Source: a virus. From it: a DNA stretch of 64,000 nucleotides. The stretch's first letter is position 1. Every line of letters begins with the position of its first letter. Shown here piece after piece: positions 56,025-64,000 of the stretch. The notes below the pieces were generated by a model, which was not told the DNA's origin, did no database searches, and saw only the letters and a program-made list of their open reading frames with translations. Made by a program: the position numbers and the translations under genes. Where the stretch lies: the IMG/VR virus record IMGVR_UViG_3300012663_000526, positions 1 to 64,000 of that record. One strand, 5' to 3'.

Positions 56025-57582
56025 GTTTGTTGAAGATACAGAGACAATTGAGATAAGTGGATCTGGCGACATGTTCGCTGGAGTTCGTGGAAATGAATAC
56101 GGTGACCCGTTTAGTCGTGGTCTAGATGACGTAAAGAAGATGAGTGGGTTTAGTACCAACTTTAAAAAGAAGGTTGCTAGAACTGATTTTACAAAGTTCT
56201 TGCGTGGAGATGGCTCACAGAGTACAGCAATCGTAGAGCCATTTATGATTACAGGATACAGCATCTTGGATGTTGTTATGCCACCTTACAACCTGGACTA
56301 TCTTGCAAAGATATATGAAATTTCCTCACCACACTATGCTGCTGTCAACGCAAAGATTGCAAACATTGTTGGACTTGGCTACGACTTTATTGAGAGTGAA
56401 GCAACAAAAGAAAGACTTGCCGACATAGGCGGAGAGAAAGAACTTGAGAGAGCACGTAGAAAGCTTGAAAGATTAAAGCTTCAGATGCATACATGGTTAG
56501 AGAATACTAACGAAGAAGAAACATTTACTGAGACTCTAGCTAGAGTATGGAAAGACTACGAGACAACTGGAAACGGTTATCTTGAAGTTGGTAGAAAAAA
56601 TACTGGAGAGATTGGCTATATTGGTCATGTCCCTTCAGCATCAATGCGTGTCCGTAGATTAAGAGATGGTTTTGTTCAGATCATTGGAAACCAGACTGTA
56701 TTCTTTAGAAACTATGGAGATACAGATACTCCAAACCCAATTACATCAGATGTCGTTCCCAATGAAATTATCCATTTTAAGAACTACACACCAACAAACG
56801 GTTTCTATGGAGTTCCAGATATTATTTCTTCAAAGAACGCTATGGCAGGAAACGAATTTGCTGCTAGATTTAATCTAGATTACTTTGAGAACAAAGCGGT
56901 CCCTAGATACATTATTACAGTCAAGGGTGCAAAGTTGTCCAACGATGCCGAAAGAAAGCTCCTAGAGTTCTTCCAGACAGGTTTAAAGGGCAAGAATCAC
57001 CGCTCCTTATACATCCCACTTCCTTCAGATAACTCTGACTCAAAGGTAGAGTTTAAGATGGAGGCGGTTGAGGCAGGAGTCCAAGACTCATCATTCGATA
57101 AATATAAGAGTGCCAATAGAGATGAAATCCTAATGTCTCACAGAGTGCCAATCAGCAAGATCGGAACACCTCAAGGAGTCTCCCTTGCAAATGCAAAAGA
57201 TGCAGATAAAACATTTAAAGAGCAGGTATGTAGACCATCTCAAAGAACTCTTGAAAAGAGACTTGGTAAGATTATTGGTGAAAAGACAGACATGTTCTTG
57301 ATCAAATTCAACGAATTAACATTGACAGATGAAGATACACAATCAAAGATTGATGAAAGATATCTAAGAATGAAGGTCATTGTTCCTAATGAAATTCGTG
57401 CTAGAATGGGACTACAAGGTTTATCGGGTGGAGATGTACCTGTTGAATTGAACGCAAAAGCAGCCGCTGAGGTAACTACTCAAGCCACAGGCAATAGACA
57501 GCGAGATCAAGAAAGACAGGCGAATCAGGCAGACAACGGTGGAAGCAGAAATGCTCAAGGCGAAGGCCGTCAAACCCAATAG
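56014..57582 (+). CDS. Portal protein (HK97/PBSX-type)
   Basis: TGNGYLEV.R, EIIHFK, YGVP, YFEN.A.P, H.VP, NEIR...GL. Confidence 0.92.
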   Translation: MAAEFVEDTETIEISGSGDMFAGVRGNEYGDPFSRGLDDVKKMSGFSTNFKKKVARTDFTKFLRGDGSQSTAIVEPFMITGYSILDVVMPPYNLDYLAKIYEISSPHYAAVNAKIANIVGLGYDFIESEATKERLADIGGEKELERARRKLERLKLQMHTWLENTNEEETFTETLARVWKDYETTGNGYLEVGRKNTGEIGYIGHVPSASMRVRRLRDGFVQIIGNQTVFFRNYGDTDTPNPITSDVVPNEIIHFKNYTPTNGFYGVPDIISSKNAMAGNEFAARFNLDYFENKAVPRYIITVKGAKLSNDAERKLLEFFQTGLKGKNHRSLYIPLPSDNSDSKVEFKMEAVEAGVQDSSFDKYKSANRDEILMSHRVPISKIGTPQGVSLANAKDADKTFKEQVCRPSQRTLEKRLGKIIGEKTDMFLIKFNELTLTDEDTQSKIDERYLRMKVIVPNEIRARMGLQGLSGGDVPVELNAKAAAEVTTQATGNRQRDQERQANQADNGGSRNAQGEGRQTQ

Positions 57583-57628
57583 ACTAGTATTTGCGTTTTA
57601 ATCTACTAAGAGATATTATAATAACACC

Positions 57629-58972
57629 ATGGAAATAACTAAGTCTAATTGGACCACAAGCGGGAACAACATTAAGTTGAGCATTCCGTTTTCAAAGGTC
57701 GATCAAAACAAGCGAACAGTGTCTGGGTATGCAACACTAGACAATGTAGATTCACACGGAGATATTGTTTCTTCTGAAGCCTCACTAGGAGCCTTTATGA
57801 GATTCCGTGGGAATGTTAGAGAGATGCACCAACCTATGGCGGTAGGAAAGGTTGTAGCATTTGAACCTAAGAGTTATTACGATCCAAAAGAAGGTAAAGT
57901 TTATAACGGTGTTTATGTAACATCGTATGTTTCAAAGGGTGCACAAGATACTTGGGAAAAAGTTCTTGATGGCACTCTTTCTGGTTTCTCAATTGGCGGA
58001 TCAATTAAGAAGTCAGATAACGAATTTATTGAAGGTCAGGAAGAGCCAGTAAGAATAATTAAAGATTATGATCTGGTAGAGTTGTCCCTTGTAGATAATC
58101 CAGCTAATCAGTTAGCAAATATTTTTTCTATTGAAAAAGTTAATGGAGCAATGGTTATGAAGGGAATTGCAACAGGAGTTACACCAGAGAATATCTTTTG
58201 GTGTGGACAAGATTCTATTGCAATAACATCAGAAAATGATACAGCAACCTGCGATAACTGTTCATGCAATATGGAACAAATCGGATGGGTTGAATCAACT
58301 GATGTTTCTAAGTCAGAATCAATTAAGCAAATTGTTGATTCATATATTAAAAAGAATTCTGAGATTGAAAACATCGCAGAAGAACGTCGTGAAGCTAACG
58401 ACGGCGTTGATTTAAATAAAAACACAGCCAATGTAGGAGGTACAGAAGTGGCAGAAAATACAGAACTTCAGTCTGAAGTTGTAGACGCACCAGCAGCTGA
58501 AGCAGTTGTTGAAGCACCAGCAGCTGAGGAAGTAGTTGAGGCAGCAGAAGTTGCCGCAGAAGCTCCAAAGGGCGATGAAGAAGTTGTCGAAAAGGCAGCA
58601 GATATTCAAGAGGTCGCCGTAGAAGAGTTAGATTTCGCAAAGAAGCTTGATGAACTCAAGTCGTTCTTCGCTGATAACTTTGCAAAGAATGCATCTGAGA
58701 ATGCAACAGGTCTAGAGTCAGTACGTAACAATGTTGAGGAACTAGTTAAGGGTACAGAGTCAAAGATCGAAGATCTTTCAAAGAAGTACGATGAACTTTC
58801 TGGCATCGTAAAGAGCATGACAGATGCTCTTACAACAACAGAAAAAAGAATTGATTCAGTTGAAACATCAACTGCTATCAAAAAGTCAGCAGACCTTGGC
58901 GGGTCCAATGATGAACCAATTAAGAAAAGCAAGTGGAACGGCACTTTCCTCGGTGTTCGTGAAATTCTCTAA
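57629..58972 (+). CDS. Prohead protease with C-terminal scaffold-like region
   Basis: VSGYA, D.HGD, REMH, GFSIGG, ELSLVDNPAN; acidic coiled-coil tail. Confidence 0.9.
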   Translation: MEITKSNWTTSGNNIKLSIPFSKVDQNKRTVSGYATLDNVDSHGDIVSSEASLGAFMRFRGNVREMHQPMAVGKVVAFEPKSYYDPKEGKVYNGVYVTSYVSKGAQDTWEKVLDGTLSGFSIGGSIKKSDNEFIEGQEEPVRIIKDYDLVELSLVDNPANQLANIFSIEKVNGAMVMKGIATGVTPENIFWCGQDSIAITSENDTATCDNCSCNMEQIGWVESTDVSKSESIKQIVDSYIKKNSEIENIAEERREANDGVDLNKNTANVGGTEVAENTELQSEVVDAPAAEAVVEAPAAEEVVEAAEVAAEAPKGDEEVVEKAADIQEVAVEELDFAKKLDELKSFFADNFAKNASENATGLESVRNNVEELVKGTESKIEDLSKKYDELSGIVKSMTDALTTTEKRIDSVETSTAIKKSADLGGSNDEPIKKSKWNGTFLGVREIL

Positions 58973-58995
58973 AGATAAGGCAGGTGAAAAAACAA

Positions 58996-60081
58996 ATGAG
59001 TAATGAACTATTAGAAAAAGCAGTAGTTACAGCGCAGACAGGAGCTAACGCTCTTGGCGTATCAGGCGATGATTCAGCTCGTGGTGGTTTATTAAAGCCA
59101 GATCAAGCTAATCGTTTCATCGACTATATGTTTGATGCAACAGTTGTAACAAAGTTTGCTAGAACCATTCGTATGCGTTCTGACATTCAAGAAATTGACA
59201 AGATCGGTGTAGGCGAAAGAATCCTTAAGGTTGCTACAGAAGCATCTGATACAGGAGCAGCACAATCAGTTGTGTTCGCTAAGATCTCTCTTGCAACAAA
59301 GAAGCTCCGTTTGGATTGGGAGCTTTCAACTGAATCTTTGGAAGACGGCATTGAGGGCCAAGACCTAGAAGACCACATCGCAAGAATGATGGCAACTCAG
59401 GTTGGTAACGACGTTGAGGATCTTATCCTTAACGGAACTGGAACAGGCTCAGATACACTTCTCAAAGCATTCAAGGGTGTTACAAACATCGCAAAGACAG
59501 AAGCACATGTTGTTGACGCAGCAGGTGCAACAATTTCTAAGGCCATCTTTAATGATGCTCTTAAGAAGATGCCACGTCGCTACAAGCAACGTCGCAACCA
59601 ACTTCGTTTCCTTACAGGAAGCAACTTGGTACAGGACTACTTATACAGCCTAACATCACTTCCAGGATCACCAGAAGATATCGCATCTTCTATCGTTCGT
59701 GGAGATGTTGCAGCTAACAATGGTGCTCCAGGAGGAGTAATTCCTTTCGCATACGGTATCCCAGTACTAGAAGTTCCACTTCTAGACGAGAACCAGACTG
59801 GAACATACTCAAGTCCATCAGGTGCACACGGAGACGTACACCTCACATTCCCAGACAACGTAATCGTTGGTGTGAAGCGTGACATTACAGTTCACCGTGA
59901 GTTCAAGCCAAAGAAGGATACAACAGAATATACACTGTTCCTTCGTGTTGGTACAGCAATCGAAAATCCTGACGCATTCGTTGTCGTCAAGAACGTTAAG
60001 GTTGCAGCAGGATACGATACACGTGACTTCGCAGCCCACACAGGCGGAAGCTACACAAATCTTCCAGCATCACGTCCGTAA
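58996..60081 (+). CDS. Major capsid protein (HK97 fold)
   Basis: GGLL.P.QA.RFID, LED.IEG, D.E.L..NG; position after the protease; strong terminator follows. Confidence 0.92.
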   Translation: MSNELLEKAVVTAQTGANALGVSGDDSARGGLLKPDQANRFIDYMFDATVVTKFARTIRMRSDIQEIDKIGVGERILKVATEASDTGAAQSVVFAKISLATKKLRLDWELSTESLEDGIEGQDLEDHIARMMATQVGNDVEDLILNGTGTGSDTLLKAFKGVTNIAKTEAHVVDAAGATISKAIFNDALKKMPRRYKQRRNQLRFLTGSNLVQDYLYSLTSLPGSPEDIASSIVRGDVAANNGAPGGVIPFAYGIPVLEVPLLDENQTGTYSSPSGAHGDVHLTFPDNVIVGVKRDITVHREFKPKKDTTEYTLFLRVGTAIENPDAFVVVKNVKVAAGYDTRDFAAHTGGSYTNLPASRP

Positions 60082-60108
60082 TTATAAATTAGGACAACAA
60101 AGTGTGAG

Positions 60109-60143
60109 AAGGGCCCCTTTCTTTAAGGGGGCCCTTTTCCTTT
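60109..60143 (+). terminator. Intrinsic terminator after the capsid gene
   Basis: AAGGGCCCC...GGGGCCCTT stem plus T-rich tail. Confidence 0.85.
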
Positions 60144-60189
60144 ATAGTCTGTAAAATGCTATAATTAAAACAAAGAAATGGAGAAATAA

Positions 60190-60582
60190 ATGTCATTAGA
60201 GTCAATGAAATTGGCCGAACTAAAAAAGGTAGCAGAAGAATTTGCGGTAGATCTAGAATCTGCAAAGACTAAGGCTGAAGTTCTCGCAGCTCTAGCGGAA
60301 GAGGGAGTAACCTCAGAGCTTATTAATAATTTAAAAGCGGTAGAAAGAGAAGAGATTCCACCAGCACCAGTATTTGCTAATGCTGAGGAATTCAATCAGG
60401 ACCCAAGCTCTGCTCTTGTAAAGATGGAAAGATTGAACAAAAGTTATGAAGTTTTTGGATATAGTTTTAGCCAGGAGCACCCATTTGTAGCAATGCCAAT
60501 GGAAGCTGCCATGGAGCTTTTTGACACGCAAGAAGGTTTTCGTTTAGCTACACCTAGAGAAGTTAACGAATACTACTCATAA
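60190..60582 (+). CDS. Rho-N/HeH-like domain protein
   Basis: L..MKLAELK..A......K.E....L; FRLATP.EV.EYY. Confidence 0.7.
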   Translation: MSLESMKLAELKKVAEEFAVDLESAKTKAEVLAALAEEGVTSELINNLKAVEREEIPPAPVFANAEEFNQDPSSALVKMERLNKSYEVFGYSFSQEHPFVAMPMEAAMELFDTQEGFRLATPREVNEYYS

Positions 60583-60593
60583 GGAGATAATAA

Positions 60594-61523
60594 ATGGCAG
60601 AGATTCACAGTGGCACCAATGGTCCAATCAACTTTAAGACCTATTATAACGGTATAGCTAAAGACCCAGATTCAGGCCCAACCGTAACAATCTACTATGA
60701 AGATGCCACTACTGGAACAACACTAACTGCAAACAATACTGATGTTGACGCAGGAAGCTATTTTGTATACGTCCCAATTGTAGCAACAACTTCATACAAG
60801 TATTTTTACTTAAAGATTGACTATACAATTTCTGGAACAGTATTCTCTGACCGCAAGCACTATCTTGTTACAAGACCATATGCTACAGTTTCAGACATTG
60901 TTGATTACTCTGGGTATGGCGTAGATACAGTAGACACGAACTATAAGACTTATGATGAGATCATGTCTGCTGAAAGATATGCAAGATTTAAGATTAATGC
61001 ATTCACTGGACAAAAGTTTGACTATGGGCAAAAGTCCATATCAGTACTTGGAGACGGAGTAGACGTATTATTATTGCCAGAAAGAATAGAGTCTATATCT
61101 AAAGTATACGAGAACGATGTACTAGTCTATGATTCAGCATCTACAAACAATCAAGTATCATTAAAGGTTACAGACACTAACTATGCAATTGCAATAGATA
61201 AGGGGCCAGGCCTTGAGGTATTTGAGTCTTATCCATATCAAGCAGATAGGCCAAATGCTGGTTACTTTAACAATGGATCAAAGTATACAGTTCAAGGAAT
61301 GTTTGGATACAAGAATGTTCCAATTGAAATTTATGACTGCACAATTAGATTAGCAAATGACTTTTTCCACCAAGACACCACATGGAAGGAGAAGTACGTT
61401 AAGTCTATGCAGACTGGTGACTGGAGCGTTGATATTTCTCCAGCGGCATTTACTGGAACGGGCAACTCTGCAGTAGACAGAATGCTTGAGCCATTTGTCG
61501 CTAACCGTATGGTGGTTATTTAA
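60594..61523 (+). CDS. Head-to-tail adaptor
   Basis: PYA, AE..AR..I..FTGQ.F, G.FGY..VP, TGN..VD.ML. Confidence 0.75.
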   Translation: MAEIHSGTNGPINFKTYYNGIAKDPDSGPTVTIYYEDATTGTTLTANNTDVDAGSYFVYVPIVATTSYKYFYLKIDYTISGTVFSDRKHYLVTRPYATVSDIVDYSGYGVDTVDTNYKTYDEIMSAERYARFKINAFTGQKFDYGQKSISVLGDGVDVLLLPERIESISKVYENDVLVYDSASTNNQVSLKVTDTNYAIAIDKGPGLEVFESYPYQADRPNAGYFNNGSKYTVQGMFGYKNVPIEIYDCTIRLANDFFHQDTTWKEKYVKSMQTGDWSVDISPAAFTGTGNSAVDRMLEPFVANRMVVI

Positions 61524-61954
61524 TGTCAAGAGGCCTTATAGAATCTACCCTAAACATGAAGATGGATGTTTATGAGGTCATTGTTTCACAAGACGAAAAT
61601 ACTGGAGCCCTAGTAAAGAAGTGGGGCTATAAGAGTACTGAGCCATGCTTAGCCAGAGGATATATTTCTGAAACTGGAAGAACTGGCGGAAGCTCAGAAA
61701 AGACTGGTGAAAGATACGAAAATACTGAAAGAATAATTATTGAGACAAAGTATAAGACAACAAAGACACAGAGACTTACTAACATTAGAAATGATAGAGA
61801 CGAAGTAATCTGGTTTGAATTAATTAGTAATAACTACGATACCCCAACTATATTTGATGTAATGGGAGTAACCCCAGTACTTGATCCATTTGGACAGATA
61901 TTATCATTCAACGTAAGCGCTAAGCGCTCAGAGGTACAGAAGCTTGAAGTCTAA
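61523..61954 (+). CDS. Head-closure (stopper) protein
   Basis: Size and synteny; Q...TGA..K.W. Confidence 0.65.
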   Translation: MSRGLIESTLNMKMDVYEVIVSQDENTGALVKKWGYKSTEPCLARGYISETGRTGGSSEKTGERYENTERIIIETKYKTTKTQRLTNIRNDRDEVIWFELISNNYDTPTIFDVMGVTPVLDPFGQILSFNVSAKRSEVQKLEV

Positions 61955-62735
61955 CATAATCTCACAAATTAAATCCGCAGAGCAGGTTATGTCTATGGGC
62001 GGAAGTAGAGGTATGATCAAAGACAATGGATCAATAGCTAAGATAGCTTCAGCACTATATTATAAAGCAGCAGCATTAGACTACTTAGTTAATTCTTCAT
62101 TAACACAGAAAGCAGTAAAAACAAGAATCTTTAATCAGATAAACAAAGACTTTTCATTTTATACAGATGCACAGGCTAGGAGCTACACATCTAGGTTACA
62201 CCATGTATATGAGTGGAGAAGGGCTGGAGACCCGTCAGCGAGGCTCTGGAGCCTTGATATGACCCCTTCTACAGGATACAACATGTCTCTATCATATTCT
62301 TTTAAGCAGTCTAGATCAAATGTTCCAAACACCAGATCATTAAAAAAATATGTATTCAAGGAAAAGGCAAGAATTATGGAATATAGAATTCCAGTAACTA
62401 TTAGACCCAAGGCTGCATCTATAAGATTGGCCTTTGAGGGAAGAGACGGAAAGCTAGTTGTTCTTCCAAAAGGACAAAGCGTTAGAGTTAAAAATCCAGG
62501 CGGAAACAATGTGTATAACGGATTCGGAAGAACCTATGAAAGATTCTTTAAAGGCAATATGGTTAAGACTAGCCTTGAAGATTCTGGAGTTAAGAGCGCA
62601 GTTACTAGAGCTACAAAAACCTCTACTAAAGTTCCAGCTATGATTTCAAGTAAATTGTCTATTGGAAGAATATCTCCAGAGGCTGTAAGATCACTTGCTA
62701 AGGCAAGCGCATTGAGGGAGGCTAACAAAATATAA
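61944..62735 (+). CDS. Basic neck/tail-completion-type protein
   Basis: LHHVYEW, F..KA.IME; synteny. Confidence 0.6.
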   Translation: MKSNIISQIKSAEQVMSMGGSRGMIKDNGSIAKIASALYYKAAALDYLVNSSLTQKAVKTRIFNQINKDFSFYTDAQARSYTSRLHHVYEWRRAGDPSARLWSLDMTPSTGYNMSLSYSFKQSRSNVPNTRSLKKYVFKEKARIMEYRIPVTIRPKAASIRLAFEGRDGKLVVLPKGQSVRVKNPGGNNVYNGFGRTYERFFKGNMVKTSLEDSGVKSAVTRATKTSTKVPAMISSKLSIGRISPEAVRSLAKASALREANKI

Positions 62736-63280
62736 TGGCAGACTATTCATTAAATGCAGCAGGAGCCGTAAGAGACTTCTTGTGGAGTAAGTTAAGCACA
62801 ACAAATTCAAATGTAAAGTCTGGTCAGAAGATGTTTGAGCCATCAGACTATCAGATTGATCTATTGAGCGGAACCGAATTTACAATGATACCTATTATCC
62901 CTTCTCAGCAGGATGCCTTGTTGGACGGAGCCCTAGCAGATAAAAATCATATTATCTATGATTATGTGGCGGACGGATATGAAGACAACTGGATGATATG
63001 TAGAGACTCAATGATGTTTACAATATACTCTAAGTCATATGCAGAGATTGCAGAGATTCAGAACCTTATGCTAGATCTATTCAGAAGAATGGACGATACA
63101 GCTAGAGACATAAACAACCATATAGGCTCAAATTCACCATTTATCTTCTTTTCGGTCTCACTGATAGATCTCCTTTCTCCAGAGCCAGAACGTGAAAAGG
63201 TTGGCTGGCAAGCAGGTCAGGTAGTAATCAGATATAAGTATGGAAGACAGATCTCATCAACTACAGGTAGATTCTCCTAG
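62735..63280 (+). CDS. Tail terminator (putative)
   Basis: Synteny immediately before the major tail gene. Confidence 0.6.
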   Translation: MADYSLNAAGAVRDFLWSKLSTTNSNVKSGQKMFEPSDYQIDLLSGTEFTMIPIIPSQQDALLDGALADKNHIIYDYVADGYEDNWMICRDSMMFTIYSKSYAEIAEIQNLMLDLFRRMDDTARDINNHIGSNSPFIFFSVSLIDLLSPEPEREKVGWQAGQVVIRYKYGRQISSTTGRFS

Positions 63281-63413
63281 CCTTTGCTTTTTAATATGTT
63301 AGGCTGTATTATTTAACTATCGAGGATTTGTCAGCCTAGCCAGCTGTTCGTTTTAATTGGTAAGATTTTAAGCAATAACTATATCCACAAAAAAGATGGA
63401 GGTGGAAACAAAA

Positions 63414-64000
63414 ATGGCAAATGTAAATAATATTATCGTTGGTGCCGCTAACGTTTGGGTTTCAAAGAAAGATTCAACAGAGGTAGCAGCTTGGCCAACA
63501 TATGCACTACCAACATTTACAGCTAACACAACAGCAGCGACAGCAATGGACGCAGCAACAGGTGCTACAGGCTGGAGAAACGTTGGTTTTACATCAGAAG
63601 GAATTGAAGTACAGTACTCACCAGATTACGGTGACATTCAGGTAGATCAGCTACTTGATACAGCTAAACTTTTCAAGCAAGCAATGACAGTTTCAGTAAA
63701 CACAACACTTGCAGAAGCAACTCTTGAGAATCTTCTATTCTCATTCGCACAAGCAGGATCAACAAAAGATGCTACAACAGGTGCAGGAGCAGATACAGCT
63801 TACGCAAAAGGAACTGGAGGAGAGTCACTAGGACTTGAGGCAGGAGCACTTGGAGCAGAACCAGTAGAAAGAGCACTTGTGTTCATTGGTAACGCACCAC
63901 GTTCAACAGCAGGTGTTAAGAGAGAGCGTCTATACCATGCACGTCGTGTATTGAACGTAGAAGCTTCTTCACACTCATACCGTCGTAATGAAGCAACAGT
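63414..64000 (+). CDS. Major tail protein (3' truncated by window edge; not in ORF track)
   Basis: GGAGG RBS; MANVNNIIVGAA...WRNVGFTSEG.E..Y.PDYG...VDQLLD..KLFKQ...T.LAEATLENL; open to the window end. Confidence 0.85.
   Translation, partial: MANVNNIIVGAANVWVSKKDSTEVAAWPTYALPTFTANTTAATAMDAATGATGWRNVGFTSEGIEVQYSPDYGDIQVDQLLDTAKLFKQAMTVSVNTTLAEATLENLLFSFAQAGSTKDATTGAGADTAYAKGTGGESLGLEAGALGAEPVERALVFIGNAPRSTAGVKRERLYHARRVLNVEASSHSYRRNEAT

Noticed and set aside
27996-62728. Many minus-strand ORFs inside nrdJ and the structural genes
   Set aside because: Fully overlap well-supported + strand genes; no RBS or recognisable motifs
63320-63410. Possible structured leader (CAGC-CTAGCCA-GCTG) and DnaA-like 9-mer before the major tail gene
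   Set aside because: A single short hairpin and a one-mismatch box; insufficient support without homologs
1-64000. Stop-codon reassignment or prophage context
   Set aside because: Long genes are intact in the standard code using all three stops; no suppressor tRNA, integrase or bacterial housekeeping flank is seen

Overview
The whole window is phage DNA from a large, low-GC tailed (siphovirus-like) phage. Gene content and promoter style suggest an actinophage of the freshwater acI/Nanopelagicales type; the host is an inference. Layout: (1) 1-9.1 kb, + strand: exported surface proteins, lysis genes (holin-like, CHAP endolysin), Hsp20, thioredoxin, GroES, tRNA-Met. (2) 9.1-10 kb: non-coding, with phased DnaA boxes. 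(3) 10-24.1 kb, - strand: early-type region of small genes (DUF932, Gp88-like, DUF1281-like, tRNA-Asp) separated by a repeated modular promoter cassette. (4) 24.1-29.4 kb: tRNA-Ile(UAU), transglycosylase, glycosyltransferase, class II ribonucleotide reductase. (5) 29.4-55.6 kb: a very large fibre/appendage cluster. (6) 55.7-64 kb: portal, prohead protease, capsid, head-tail joining and major tail genes. Most notable observations: a 32-cysteine mirror-symmetric 'disulfide ladder' protein followed by a tightly coupled putative maturation cassette; a 7-copy covarying H-type RNA pseudoknot; and an early-promoter architecture combining helically phased CRP-like boxes, DnaA boxes, GACAC motifs and an invariant TGTCAG element. 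All family assignments come from motif recognition by eye, not database searches.
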